Origin: a plasmid
DNA: 64,000 nt
Reading direction: 5' to 3' (one strand)
Sequence record: NZ_CP104760.1
Of this stretch, positions 48,267 through 58,587 are shown one piece after another. The notes beneath the pieces were generated by a model, which was given only the letters and a program-made list of their open reading frames with translations, did not search any database and was not told the DNA's origin. The number at the start of each line of letters is the position of its first letter. The stretch's first letter is position 1. The position numbers and the translations under genes were made by a program.

Positions 48267-48812
48267 ATGGCTAACTTTCCCACCATTAAAAAAGCGAGCA
48301 GCGGACAGAAGTTCATCTCGCGCAACCGCGCACCGCGCGTGCAGATTGAGTATGACGTCGAGATCTACGGTTCAGACCGCAAAATCCAGCTGCCTTTCAT
48401 TATGGGCGTGATGGCGGATCTGGTGGGTCAGCCCGTTACGCCACAGCCGGAGGTGGCGGAGCGTAAATTTATGGAGATCGATATCGACAACTTCGACGAT
48501 CGCATGAAAGCGCTGCAGCCGCATCTCGCCTACCACGTTGACAATACCCTGACCGGCGAAGGCCAGCTGGGCGTCGATCTCACCTTCAACAGCATGGATG
48601 ACTTTCTGCCGGACGCCATCGTGCGCCGCGTAGAGCCGCTCAACCAGCTGCTTGAGGCGCGCACCCAGCTTTCTAACCTGCTCTCCTATATGGACGGCAA
48701 AAACGGCGCGGAAGCGCTGATCGCCGACGTGCTGAAAAACCCGCATCTGCTGGACGCGCTCGCCGCCGCGCCGAAAGCCGCCGAGCCGCAAAAGGATCAC
48801 GACCATGAGTAA
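48267..48812 (+). CDS. tssB: T6SS contractile sheath small subunit TssB (VipA).
   Basis: RVQIEYDVEIYGSDRKIQLPFIMGVMADL is the canonical TssB N-terminus. Confidence 0.9.
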   Translation: MANFPTIKKASSGQKFISRNRAPRVQIEYDVEIYGSDRKIQLPFIMGVMADLVGQPVTPQPEVAERKFMEIDIDNFDDRMKALQPHLAYHVDNTLTGEGQLGVDLTFNSMDDFLPDAIVRRVEPLNQLLEARTQLSNLLSYMDGKNGAEALIADVLKNPHLLDALAAAPKAAEPQKDHDHE

Positions 48813-50304
48813 CGCCGCCCAGACGACCCGTACCGCCGCGCAGCAGACGGTAACCCAGGATGAGTTCAGCGCGTTGCTGAATAAAGAGTTCCGCCCGAAC
48901 AGCGATTCGGCGCGCGACGCCATCGCCGACGCGGTGAAAACCCTGGCCGCGCAGGCGCTGAAAAATACCCTGCCGGTCTCGGACGATGCCTATCGCACCA
49001 TCCAGACGCTGATCGCCGAAATCGACCAGAAGCTGTCGCAGCAGGTGAACCGTATCATGCATCACGAGGGCTTCCAGCAGCTCGAAGGGGCGTGGCGCGG
49101 CCTGCATTACCTGGTGAATAACAGCGAAACCGACGAAATGCTGAAAATCCGCGTGATGAATATCAGCAAGAAAGAGCTGGGTCGGACGCTGAAGCGCTAT
49201 AAAGGCGTCGGCTGGGACCAGAGCCCGCTGTTTAAGAAGATCTACGAAGAGGAGTATGGCCAGTTCGGCGGCGAGCCGTACGGCTGCCTGGTGGCGGACT
49301 TCTACTTCGATCACAGCCCAATGGATGTGGAGCTACTGGGCGAGATGGCGAAAATCGGCGCGGCGGCGCACTGCCCGATTATCACCGGCGCGGCGCCGAG
49401 CGCGCTGCAGATGGAGTCCTGGCAGGAGCTGGCTAACCCGCGCGACATCACCAAAATTTTCGACAATACCGAATACGCCGCCTGGCGCACCCTGCGCGAA
49501 AGCGAAGATACGCGCTACCTCGGCCTGGCGATGCCGCGCTTCCTGTCGCGCCTGCCCTACGGCATCCGCACCAATCCGGTCGACAGCTTCAACTTTGAAG
49601 AGGAGACCGAAGGCGCGACCCACCAGAACTACACCTGGGCCAACGCCGCCTATGCGATGGCAGCCAATATTAACCGCTCCTTTAAGCAGTTCGGCTGGTG
49701 TACCTCGATCCGCGGCGTTGAGTCGGGCGGCTCGGTGGAAAACCTGCCGTGCCACGTCTTCCCGACCGACGACGGCGGGGTCGATATGAAATGCCCGACC
49801 GAGATCGCCATCAGCGACCGACGCGAAGCGGAGCTGGCGAAAAACGGCTTTATCCCGCTGGTGCACCGCAAAAACTCCGATTTCGCCGCCTTTATCGGCG
49901 CGCAGTCGCTGCAAAAACCGCAGGACTACCACGACGCCGACGCGGCCGCCAACGCACAGCTGGCGTCGCGCCTGCCTTACCTGTTCGCCTGCTGCCGCTT
50001 CGCCCACTACCTGAAGTGCATCGTGCGCGACAAGATCGGCTCTTTTCAGGAGCGCCAGGATATGGAGCGCTGGCTCAACGCCTGGATCGTGCGCTACGTC
50101 GATGGCGATCCGGTTAACTCGACCCAGGAGACCAAGGCGCGTAAGCCGCTGGCTGACGCGCGGGTGCTGGTAGAGGAGCTGGAGGATAACCCCGGCTACT
50201 ACGCCGCGAAGTTCTTCCTGCGTCCGCATTATCAGCTGGAAGGGCTGACGGTCTCGCTGCGTCTGGTCTCGAAGCTGCCGTCGCTGAAGAAGCAAAGTCA
50301 TTAA
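48805..50304 (+). CDS. tssC: T6SS contractile sheath large subunit TssC (VipB).
   Basis: 499 aa, follows tssB with overlap. Conserved LKIRVMNISKKEL and GGEPYGCLVADFYF regions. Confidence 0.9.
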   Translation: MSNAAQTTRTAAQQTVTQDEFSALLNKEFRPNSDSARDAIADAVKTLAAQALKNTLPVSDDAYRTIQTLIAEIDQKLSQQVNRIMHHEGFQQLEGAWRGLHYLVNNSETDEMLKIRVMNISKKELGRTLKRYKGVGWDQSPLFKKIYEEEYGQFGGEPYGCLVADFYFDHSPMDVELLGEMAKIGAAAHCPIITGAAPSALQMESWQELANPRDITKIFDNTEYAAWRTLRESEDTRYLGLAMPRFLSRLPYGIRTNPVDSFNFEEETEGATHQNYTWANAAYAMAANINRSFKQFGWCTSIRGVESGGSVENLPCHVFPTDDGGVDMKCPTEIAISDRREAELAKNGFIPLVHRKNSDFAAFIGAQSLQKPQDYHDADAAANAQLASRLPYLFACCRFAHYLKCIVRDKIGSFQERQDMERWLNAWIVRYVDGDPVNSTQETKARKPLADARVLVEELEDNPGYYAAKFFLRPHYQLEGLTVSLRLVSKLPSLKKQSH

Positions 50305-50367
50305 TCCCCGGCGCGGATGGCCGCGCCATTTTTATTTTCTTAACTAAAAGCAAGGAGTTACACCAGT

Positions 50368-50850
50368 ATGGCTATCGCAATGTATTTCAAACCTGAAGGC
50401 GTTGAAGGCGAGTCCAAAGATTCCGCGCATGAAGGCTGGATCGACGTGCTCTCTTTCAGCTGGGGCGCTAATCAGCCGAACAACATGAGCGTGGGCGGCG
50501 GCGGCGGCGCTGGCAAGGTGAACTACAACGACCTGCACGTGCACTGCCGTATCGATAAGGCGACGCCGACCCTGCTGCAGTTCTGCTCCAACGGCAAACA
50601 TATTCCGTCGCTGACCATGCACGTCTGTAAGGCGGGCGGCACCCAGATGATCTACAACGTCATCCAGCTGACGGAAGTGCTGGTGACCAGCGTGCAGTTC
50701 ACCGGCTCGCGCGATGACGACACCATCGGCATCGACTACGCCTTCCAGGCGGCGGCGATCCAGGAGAACTACACCCAGCAGGCGGAAGACGGTTCCGCCG
50801 GCGCGGAAACCACTTCCCAGTGGAATATCAAGACCAACACCGCGTCTTAA
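50368..50850 (+). CDS. hcp: T6SS inner tube protein Hcp (TssD).
   Basis: AIAMYFKPEGVEGESKDSAHEGWIDVLSFSWG...GGGGGAGKVNYNDLHV matches the Hcp1 family. Confidence 0.85.
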   Translation: MAIAMYFKPEGVEGESKDSAHEGWIDVLSFSWGANQPNNMSVGGGGGAGKVNYNDLHVHCRIDKATPTLLQFCSNGKHIPSLTMHVCKAGGTQMIYNVIQLTEVLVTSVQFTGSRDDDTIGIDYAFQAAAIQENYTQQAEDGSAGAETTSQWNIKTNTAS

Positions 50851-50858
50851 CGCTATCC

Positions 50859-50881
50859 GGCAACCTCCGCGCGAGGTTGCC
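50859..50881 (+). other. Stable stem-loop immediately downstream of hcp (9-bp stem ggcaacctc/gaggttgcc, loop cgcgc), not followed by a U-tract. Candidate attenuator or processing/stabilising hairpin.
   Basis: Inverted repeat read directly from the sequence. Confidence 0.45.
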
Positions 50882-50908
50882 CTGATTCAGATCGATCAGG
50901 TAATCAGC

Positions 50909-52612
50909 ATGCGATTCACGATTGTTAAGAACAGCAGCGGCATGCAGCCGCCGCAGACCAGCTTCGACTTCTATCCGCCCGGCGGCACCATCGGCCGCAG
51001 CGAAGATAACAATTTCGTTTTGCCGGATGAGAGCCGCGCCATTTCGCGTCTGCAGCTGCTGGTGCATACCTCCGCCAACGGCGAGTGTCGCATTACCAAC
51101 CGCGGCAATGTGATTAACATTGAATTCAACGGCATCCCGCTGGAGCATGGCCGTCAGGTAGAGCTGCAGAGCGGCGACCTGCTCGGCATCGGCGACTATA
51201 GTCTGGCCGTGTCTGACCTCGACGGCAGCGCGCCTTCGCCCGCCGTTCAGCCGCAGCAGGCGCCGCTTCGCGCCGCGCCGCGAACCGCGGAAGCGATCCC
51301 CGGCGAGATCTGGGAGAGCCTGGCGCGCGACTTCACGCCGCCACCGCCGCCCGCCCGTGACGCCGCGCCCGCCGTCGCCAATCCGCTGACCGCCGCGCCG
51401 GGCAAAGAGCTGAACCCTGTCGACCCGCTGGCGCAGCAGCAGACCTTTACCGATCTGCACCAGCTCAGCGCGCGGGAAACCGATCCGGCGCGGCTGTTCA
51501 ACGAAAACGATCTCTTTCAACAGCCCGATATTTTGCAGGACGCCACGCCGAGCGCGCTGCGCGCCGCACCGCAGGCAGCGCCGCTCCACCCGGAGGCGTC
51601 GCAGGAGTGCGATCCGCTGGCGCTGTTCGGCCACGCCGCCGGGAAGCAGGAAGATCCCTTCGGCATTATGGTCGAAGGGGCGCAGTCGCTGACCCCGCCC
51701 GATATTTTTACGCCACCGCCCGCGCCGCAGAGCTCGCCTCAACCTGTCGCACCGCCCGCACAGCAGGCCTCGCTTCAACCTGTGTCGCCGTCCGCGCCGC
51801 AGAAAGCTGAGCCTGAGCCGCCGCCCATGCAGCCAGCATCCGCACCTGCGCCCGAGCGCGCCGCCACGCCGAAGCCGGAAGTGGCCGCGCCCTCTCCCTC
51901 CGGCTACAACCACGTCGCCGGTCGCCGCATGGGTATAGATCCGGTCTCTTATCAGCGCGCCGGACAGGCGCGTAGCGCGCAGGGGTGTCAGCTGGAAGGT
52001 GAACTGCTGCAGGCGCTGCTGGCAGGCGCGGATTTGCAGGATATGGATGGTCAGCCCGCCTTCGGCAAGCAGCAGATGTTTCTGGTTGGCCAGCTGCTGA
52101 GCCTTTTCTCCCAGGGCACGGTGGCGCTGCTCTCCTCGCGTTCGATGCTGAAGCGCGGCGTCAATGCGGAGATGACCATGATCCTTGATGAGGCCAATAA
52201 CCCGTTCAAGCTGCTGCCGTCGGGCAAAACGGTGCTGATCCAGATGTTTGGCAGCCAGATGCCGGGCTTTATGTCGCCGGAGAAAGCGGTGCGCGATGCG
52301 CTGATCGATCTGCAGGCGCATCAGCTCGGCATGATTGCCGGCATACGCGCCATTATCGCCGCCATGCTGCAGTCGTTTAATCCTGAAAAGATCGAGAGCC
52401 AGGCGCGCGACAGCGGCCGCACCCCGCGTTTCGCCCTCGCCTCCGCCCGCAAGGCGGCGCTGTGGGATTACTTTGTGCAGCGCTTCCACACTACGGCTGA
52501 CGAAATCGACGACGATTTCCACACGCTGTTCGGCGAAGCCTTTCTGCGCGCCTATGACATCGAAGTCAATCAATACAAAGACTTGCAAACAAAAAACGAC
52601 GGTGACCGATGA
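50909..52612 (+). CDS. tagH: T6SS FHA-domain protein TagH (Fha).
   Basis: N-terminal FHA domain (GRSEDNNFVLPDESRAISRLQLLV), long Pro/Ala-rich linker, conserved C-terminal domain. ATG at 50909. Confidence 0.75.
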   Translation: MRFTIVKNSSGMQPPQTSFDFYPPGGTIGRSEDNNFVLPDESRAISRLQLLVHTSANGECRITNRGNVINIEFNGIPLEHGRQVELQSGDLLGIGDYSLAVSDLDGSAPSPAVQPQQAPLRAAPRTAEAIPGEIWESLARDFTPPPPPARDAAPAVANPLTAAPGKELNPVDPLAQQQTFTDLHQLSARETDPARLFNENDLFQQPDILQDATPSALRAAPQAAPLHPEASQECDPLALFGHAAGKQEDPFGIMVEGAQSLTPPDIFTPPPAPQSSPQPVAPPAQQASLQPVSPSAPQKAEPEPPPMQPASAPAPERAATPKPEVAAPSPSGYNHVAGRRMGIDPVSYQRAGQARSAQGCQLEGELLQALLAGADLQDMDGQPAFGKQQMFLVGQLLSLFSQGTVALLSSRSMLKRGVNAEMTMILDEANNPFKLLPSGKTVLIQMFGSQMPGFMSPEKAVRDALIDLQAHQLGMIAGIRAIIAAMLQSFNPEKIESQARDSGRTPRFALASARKAALWDYFVQRFHTTADEIDDDFHTLFGEAFLRAYDIEVNQYKDLQTKNDGDR

Positions 52613-53382
52613 ATATTACCTTTGCTTCCACCAGCCAGCAGGGCCAGCGCGCCATGAATCAGGATCAGCTCGCCGACGCGCTCGGCGCGCGCGCTGCCTG
52701 CTTTGTGATCTGCGACGGCATCGCCGGCAAGCCGGGCGGAGATGTCGCCGCCCGGCTGGCGTGCGAGACCATCGTCGGGCAGTTCAACACCGAAACGCAC
52801 CTCGACGCGCAGCATATCCGCCACTATATCGCTGCCGCCAATCGCGCCATTCTGCAAACCCAGGCGCGCGACGCGCAGCTGAAAAATATGGGCACCACGC
52901 TGGTGAGCCTGTTTATCGATCGCGACTATCAGCTCGCCTACTGGGCGCACGCGGGGGACAGCCGCCTCTATCTGTTCCGCCGCGGCTATCTGCTGCAGCA
53001 GACGCGCGATCACAGCCTGGCGCAGCAGATGCGCGATGCCGGGCATGATGGCGGCAGCGTAAACCAGAACCTGCTCTACTTCGCGCTGGGCATGCGCGAG
53101 GAGCGCGAGGCCAGCTACAGCGATGTGTTGCCGCTGGAAGACGGCGACGCCTTTTTGCTCTGCACCGACGGTTTCTGGCATGCGCTGCAGGTTGAGGATC
53201 TCGAACAGAGCCTGCGGATGGTAAGTTCGCCGCAGGAGTGGCTGGCGCTGCTACAGCGCATGCAGCCCGACGACAACCCGGATAATTTCAGCGCGCTGGC
53301 GGTCTGGATCGGCGAGCCGCAGGACGCCACGCTGCTCAGCTCGTTCAGCGATGCCCAGCGCATCTTGCTCAACTGCCGCTAA
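52609..53382 (+). CDS. pppA: PP2C-family Ser/Thr phosphatase PppA (TagG).
   Basis: FASTSQQGQRAMNQDQ...FVICDGIAG (PP2C motifs) and TDGFW. Confidence 0.8.
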   Translation: MNITFASTSQQGQRAMNQDQLADALGARAACFVICDGIAGKPGGDVAARLACETIVGQFNTETHLDAQHIRHYIAAANRAILQTQARDAQLKNMGTTLVSLFIDRDYQLAYWAHAGDSRLYLFRRGYLLQQTRDHSLAQQMRDAGHDGGSVNQNLLYFALGMREEREASYSDVLPLEDGDAFLLCTDGFWHALQVEDLEQSLRMVSSPQEWLALLQRMQPDDNPDNFSALAVWIGEPQDATLLSSFSDAQRILLNCR

Positions 53383-53398
53383 CCGCCGGGAACCCACG

Positions 53399-54313
53399 AT
53401 GAAAAGCTGGATTATTCCGCTCTGTCTGGCGCTGCTGCCCGCTGCCGTTCAGGCCAAAAGCGTGCGTATCGCCTGGTCGCCCGCCGCCCGGCTCAGCGCC
53501 TGGCTGGACAATGTGCCCGGCGCGCAGCCGCGCCAGTGGTGCGGTGCCAGCGCGGCGCTGCATATCGAACCGGCGGGCGCGTTCAGCCAGGAGGCGTTTA
53601 ACGATTTCCTGCCGCAGGTGGGCCGTATCCTGGCGAAGCAGTGCGGCGAACTGAAAACCCTGCGCTGGACGGTGATCGACAAACAGGGCGACGCCCGGCT
53701 TAAAGGCACCGCCAGCGCCGACCAGAAGTGGCGCGTCATTCTGCCGCCGCCGGAGATCGTCGCCGACGCCACGCCGTGGCAGCGCTTCGCCCTCTCGGCA
53801 CGCTGCAGCTTCCGCACCTACTGGCCCGCCGACGGCCAGGCGGCGCAGCCGGTTTCGCCGGAAGGTTCCGAACCGCGCTGCGACGATGCGGGCTGGATCC
53901 AGGGGCCGGGCCGCATTGGTTCTTCCGCCGTCACCTTTGTCAGCGGCTACCCGCTGCTTAACGCGCCTGCCGGCGCGACCCAGCAGAGCACGCAGGTGGT
54001 CAGCGCCAATAACCAGCGCCTGATCCTGGCCAGCGGCAGCGACGCCAGCAGCTGGCTGCTGCTGCCGTGGGATGCGGCGCATCTCGCCTGGCGCTTTGAC
54101 GGCAGCGTGCTGATTAAGGCGACGCCGGGCGAGGCGGAGGACGCGCGCGCCCGCACAACGTTGATTGATGCCGCGCGCCAGCGCTGGGCGCTGGGCGATA
54201 AAGAGGCCGCGTGGCAGCTGATCGCCGCTCTTCATCCGCACGCCCTCAATCCCGCGCCGGATCCGCTGGCGCAGCTAAACAGTGACGCGGCGCCCGCCGC
54301 CCGAGGTAAATGA
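53399..54313 (+). CDS. Secreted/periplasmic protein of unknown function encoded between pppA and the tagJ-like gene.
   Basis: Signal peptide MKSWIIPLCLALLPAAVQA. No recognisable motif. Confidence 0.45.
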   Translation: MKSWIIPLCLALLPAAVQAKSVRIAWSPAARLSAWLDNVPGAQPRQWCGASAALHIEPAGAFSQEAFNDFLPQVGRILAKQCGELKTLRWTVIDKQGDARLKGTASADQKWRVILPPPEIVADATPWQRFALSARCSFRTYWPADGQAAQPVSPEGSEPRCDDAGWIQGPGRIGSSAVTFVSGYPLLNAPAGATQQSTQVVSANNQRLILASGSDASSWLLLPWDAAHLAWRFDGSVLIKATPGEAEDARARTTLIDAARQRWALGDKEAAWQLIAALHPHALNPAPDPLAQLNSDAAPAARGK

Positions 54314-55095
54314 TGCAGCTATCCGACATGCTTGAAAATGACGCTATCCAGCCCGCCATCGATGAGGTGAGGCAGGCGATCCGCGAGCAGCCCGCCAGCG
54401 CCGATCGCCGCGCGCATCTGGCGCAGCTGCTCTGTCTGAACGCCGACTGGCGCGGCGCGCTGGCGCAGGTAAAAGCCTGGCAGCAGCTGGCCGCCGAGGC
54501 GGCGCCGACCGTCAGGCTGCTGCTGCAGATGATCGGCGGCGAGACGCAGCGCGCCGCGGTGTTTAGCCAGACGGCGACGCCCGCGCTGTTCCCGCAGGAG
54601 CACCGCTGGGTCGCTGATATGGCACGCGCGCTGAACGCGCCGACGGCGCGCGAGACGCTGCTGGCGGCCGTACCCGTCAACGGCGGCGAGCTGGTGCTTC
54701 GCGCCGCGCCGGAGGCGGCGGAGCGTTTCGACTGGCTGTCGGATGGCGACGAACGTCTCGGGCCGGTGTGCGAACTGATTCTTGACGGCGTCTATCACTG
54801 GGCGAGCCTGCATCTTATCCAGCAGATCCGCTTTCAGCCGCCCGCCAGTGTCATCGACCTGGTATGGCGTCAGTGCAGCGTGCGGTTTCATGACGGCAAC
54901 GAACGCCTTTGCCAGATGCCGGTGCGCTACCCGTCGCAGGCCGACGACAGCGACGCCCTGAAGCTGGCGCGTCAGACAAGCTGGTCGCTGCAGCCGCCGG
55001 GTTACGTCGGTCACGGGCAGCGTATCTGGCTCGACGGCGACCGCGAATGGGCGCTGCTCGATATTGAATCGATCGCTTTCCGGGAGCCGGTATGA
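54310..55095 (+). CDS. ImpE/SciE-family T6SS accessory protein (TagJ-like).
   Basis: About 261 aa, N-terminal TPR-like helical region. Conserved position upstream of tssE. Assignment from size, position and composition. Confidence 0.45.
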   Translation: MMQLSDMLENDAIQPAIDEVRQAIREQPASADRRAHLAQLLCLNADWRGALAQVKAWQQLAAEAAPTVRLLLQMIGGETQRAAVFSQTATPALFPQEHRWVADMARALNAPTARETLLAAVPVNGGELVLRAAPEAAERFDWLSDGDERLGPVCELILDGVYHWASLHLIQQIRFQPPASVIDLVWRQCSVRFHDGNERLCQMPVRYPSQADDSDALKLARQTSWSLQPPGYVGHGQRIWLDGDREWALLDIESIAFREPV

Positions 55096-55661
55096 AACCT
55101 CTGCGCGCCGAGTCGGACGCTGAGGCGGATCGCTCGCTGAGCGGCACCGCGTCACGCCGTCTCAATCCGCACGACAGGATGCGTCCGAGCATCCTGGATC
55201 GCCTCACCGACGACGAGCCGGATCGGCCCGCCAGAACCGAAATGCGCAACGTTATTTCGCATCAGACTCTGCGCAGCCAGGTGCTGCGCGATCTGCAGTG
55301 GCTGTTCAACTGCATCAACAATACGTCGCAGCTCGATCTGCGCCCCTATCCGCAGGTGCGCGCCTCGGTGCTGAATTTCGGCGTGGAGCCGCTGGCGGGC
55401 CAGCGTATTTCCGAGATTGAGTGGGAGACGGTGCGGCGTCAGCTGACGCAGGCGATTATTCAGTTTGAACCGCGCATTATCGCGCAGGATCTGACCCTCC
55501 GCTGCATCAGCGATCCGCACTCCCTGACCACCCATAACGTTCTCTCTATTGAGATTAAAGGCAACCTCTGGTGCGTGCCCTGGCCGCTCGCCTTTCTGTT
55601 TCGCACCGAGCTTGACCTGGAGCACAGCCGTTACGAACTGAAGGATAGTGAGGGAACATGA
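55092..55661 (+). CDS. tssE: T6SS baseplate protein TssE (gp25-like).
   Basis: PSILDRLTDDEP motif. 189 aa, precedes tssF. Confidence 0.75.
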   Translation: MKPLRAESDAEADRSLSGTASRRLNPHDRMRPSILDRLTDDEPDRPARTEMRNVISHQTLRSQVLRDLQWLFNCINNTSQLDLRPYPQVRASVLNFGVEPLAGQRISEIEWETVRRQLTQAIIQFEPRIIAQDLTLRCISDPHSLTTHNVLSIEIKGNLWCVPWPLAFLFRTELDLEHSRYELKDSEGT

Positions 55662-57523
55662 ACCAGAAGCTGCTTGACTACTACAACCGCGAGCTGAGCT
55701 GGCTGCGCGAAATGGGCGAGGAGTTCGCGGAGCGCTATCCCAAGGTGGCGGGCCGCCTCGGTATGCGCGAAGGCGACGTCTCCGATCCCTATATTGAACG
55801 GCTGATGGAGGGATTCGCTTTTCTCACCTCGCGGGTGCAGCTCAAGATGGACGCTGAGTTTCCGCGTTTTACCCAGCGACTGCTGGAGATGATCTACCCC
55901 AACTATCTGGCACCGACGCCCTCGATGGCGATTGTCGAGTTTCAGCCGGACGGCATGAAGGGCAATATCAACAGCGGCTTCGCTATTCCGCGCGGTACGC
56001 TGATTGAAAATCAGGCGATGAAGAGTAAGGGCGTGAGCTGCAAATACCGCACCGCCCATGACGTGACGCTGCTGCCGCTGCAGATCGCCCAGGTGGCGCT
56101 TGGCGGCATCCCGGCGGACCTGCCGGTGGCAGCCGCCGCGTTACAGCAGCGCGGCGCGATCCGCGCGTTGCGCATTCGGCTTGAGAGCGGGCGCAATATC
56201 CCCCTTGACCAGCTGACGGTCGATAAGCTGTCGTTCTATCTGAGCGGGCCTGACGGTCAGGCGCTGGCGCTGCTGGAGCTGCTGATGGGCCACTGCGTTG
56301 GGGTCGTTTGCCGCAGCGCGCAGCAGAGCCTGCTGCTGGAACCGGAGGCGCTGCGCCAGCAGGGATTCGACGCACAGCAGGCGCTGCTGCCAGACGATCT
56401 GCGCAATGCGTCCGGTTACCGGCTGCTGCAGGAGTATTTCGCCTTTCCGTCGCGCTATCTCTTCTGCGACGTCGAGGGGCTGGCTCCCTTTATCCGCGGG
56501 CTGAAAGGCGAGCATCAGTTTGAGATCCTGCTGCTGCTCGATGAAGAAAACGACGCGCTGGAAGGGGTCGTCGACAGCGAGCATCTGTCGCTGCACTGTA
56601 CGCCGGTCATCAATCTCTTTCCCCGCGCGTCGGAGCGCATCAACGTTGACGAGCTGGCGAGCGAATATCATCTGGTGGTGGATAACGCCCATCCGCTCGA
56701 TTATGAGATCTACAGCGTGACGGCCCTTTACGGCAGCGGTCGCGGCCTGCGCGAGGAGCAGCGGTTTCGTCCATTCTGGGACAGCCGGGGTGAGGACGAC
56801 GGCAACTACGGTGCCTATTTCGCCCAGCGTCGCGAACCGCGCCTGCTCTCCGATAAGGGCAAAATATACGGCACCCGTACCGGCTATCTCGGCTCCGAGC
56901 TGTTTGTCTCGCTGGTGGACGAGCAGCAGACGCCCTACGCCGCCTCTCTGCAGTACCTGATGGCGGATCTACTCTGCACCAACCGCGACCTGCCGCTGAT
57001 CCTGCGACAGCAGGGGCTGGACGTTTTCACGCTGCCCACCTCCGCACCGGTGCTGGCGATCCGCATGCGCAAAGGGCCGACCGCGCCGCGACCGGCACTG
57101 GCGGAAGGCGCCGTCTCCTGGCGTTTGATCAGCCAGCTACAGCTCAACTACCTCAGCCTGACGGAGACAGACGCGCAGCAGGGTGCCGCCTCGCTGCGTC
57201 AGCTACTGGCGCTTTATGCCGAGGTGGCGGAGCCGGCTATCAGCCGTCAGATCGAGGGGATCCGCCGCTGCGCGCTGCGTCCGGTGCATCGCCGCGTGCC
57301 GCAGCCGGGGCCGATAACCTTTGCGCGCGGCATCGCTATCGAACTCACCGTGGATGAAGGCGCGTTCTCTGGCGCCAGCCCCTGGCTGCTCGGCTGCGTG
57401 CTGGAGACGCTTTTTTCGCGCCTGGTGGCAATCAACAGCTTTACCGAGACCAGGCTTGTCAGCGAGCAGCGCGGCGAAATCGGCTTCTGGCCGGCGCGCA
57501 TCGGCATGAGGCCGCTGCTGTGA
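55658..57523 (+). CDS. tssF: T6SS baseplate protein TssF.
   Basis: N-terminal LLDYYNRELSWLREMGEEFAERYPKVAGRL signature. 621 aa. Confidence 0.85.
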   Translation: MNQKLLDYYNRELSWLREMGEEFAERYPKVAGRLGMREGDVSDPYIERLMEGFAFLTSRVQLKMDAEFPRFTQRLLEMIYPNYLAPTPSMAIVEFQPDGMKGNINSGFAIPRGTLIENQAMKSKGVSCKYRTAHDVTLLPLQIAQVALGGIPADLPVAAAALQQRGAIRALRIRLESGRNIPLDQLTVDKLSFYLSGPDGQALALLELLMGHCVGVVCRSAQQSLLLEPEALRQQGFDAQQALLPDDLRNASGYRLLQEYFAFPSRYLFCDVEGLAPFIRGLKGEHQFEILLLLDEENDALEGVVDSEHLSLHCTPVINLFPRASERINVDELASEYHLVVDNAHPLDYEIYSVTALYGSGRGLREEQRFRPFWDSRGEDDGNYGAYFAQRREPRLLSDKGKIYGTRTGYLGSELFVSLVDEQQTPYAASLQYLMADLLCTNRDLPLILRQQGLDVFTLPTSAPVLAIRMRKGPTAPRPALAEGAVSWRLISQLQLNYLSLTETDAQQGAASLRQLLALYAEVAEPAISRQIEGIRRCALRPVHRRVPQPGPITFARGIAIELTVDEGAFSGASPWLLGCVLETLFSRLVAINSFTETRLVSEQRGEIGFWPARIGMRPLL

Positions 57524-58557
57524 GCGCCTCAGGCCGTCGCGACGAGCCGCGGTTGCCCGCTGACTTCTGGCATCAGGTTGAGCGTGCGCCCTTCCGCCAC
57601 GATCTGTTTCAACTGCTGCGCCGACTGGACGCGCAGGCGGGCGAACCTTATCCGCTGGGCCGCGCGCCGCTGCCGCGTTTTGAGCCGTTGCGCCTCGGCC
57701 AGGCACCGTCGCTGGCTTTCGCGCCAGCCACCGTAGCGCGCGCGGCGACCCGTCCCGGATCGCAACGGCCTGAAATCGACATCTACAGCTTTGGCCTGTT
57801 CGGCCCCAACGGCCCGCTGCCGCGCCACCTCACTGAGTATGCCCACCAGCGCGTGGCGCATCACGGCGACCGCAGCATGGTGGATTTCCTCAATCTGTTT
57901 CATCACCGCCTGATTCTGCTCTTCTACCGCGCCTGGGCAGAGGCGCAGCCGACGGTGTCGCTGGATCGCGACGACCGTCATCGCTTCAATCACTATCTTT
58001 CCTGCCTGACCGGCGTGGGACAGCCCGCGCTGACCCATGCGCGCGGCGCAGTCCATGAGCATGCGCGCTACGCGCTCGCCGGCCACCTTACGCGCCAGAC
58101 CCATGATGCCGAGGGGGTAGAGCGATCCCTGACGTGGTATTTCCGCGTGCCGGTCAGCGTGCTGCAAAACGTACCGCAGTGGCTGCCCATCGAGCCGCGC
58201 GACCAGGTGCGGCTGCGCGGCGGGCGCGGCAGTCCGCGACTGGGCGAAAACACGCTGCTCGGCAGCGCGGTGCGCGACGCGCAGCACGCATTCCGCCTTG
58301 TTTTCGGCCCGCTGACCCTCGCCGACTATCAGCGCTTTTTACCGGGCAAGCGCTCCTCGCAGCAGCTGCGTGACTGGCTGCTGCAAACGATCGGCATTGA
58401 GTATCGCTGGGATCTGCAGCTGGTTTTGCAGCAGCAGGCGGTGACGGGCGTCTCGCTGGGCGGCACGGCGCAGCTCGGCTATAGCAGCTGGCTCGGCGAA
58501 CAGCCGGAACCGCGCGACCGCGACGACCTGATCCTGCATCTGGAGCCTGCACCCTGA
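57520..58557 (+). CDS. tssG: T6SS baseplate protein TssG.
   Basis: FRHDLFQLLRRLDA motif. 345 aa, follows tssF with overlap. Confidence 0.8.
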   Translation: MSASGRRDEPRLPADFWHQVERAPFRHDLFQLLRRLDAQAGEPYPLGRAPLPRFEPLRLGQAPSLAFAPATVARAATRPGSQRPEIDIYSFGLFGPNGPLPRHLTEYAHQRVAHHGDRSMVDFLNLFHHRLILLFYRAWAEAQPTVSLDRDDRHRFNHYLSCLTGVGQPALTHARGAVHEHARYALAGHLTRQTHDAEGVERSLTWYFRVPVSVLQNVPQWLPIEPRDQVRLRGGRGSPRLGENTLLGSAVRDAQHAFRLVFGPLTLADYQRFLPGKRSSQQLRDWLLQTIGIEYRWDLQLVLQQQAVTGVSLGGTAQLGYSSWLGEQPEPRDRDDLILHLEPAP

Positions 58558-58587
58558 ACTTTTTCGTTACTTTTGTTAAGGAACATC

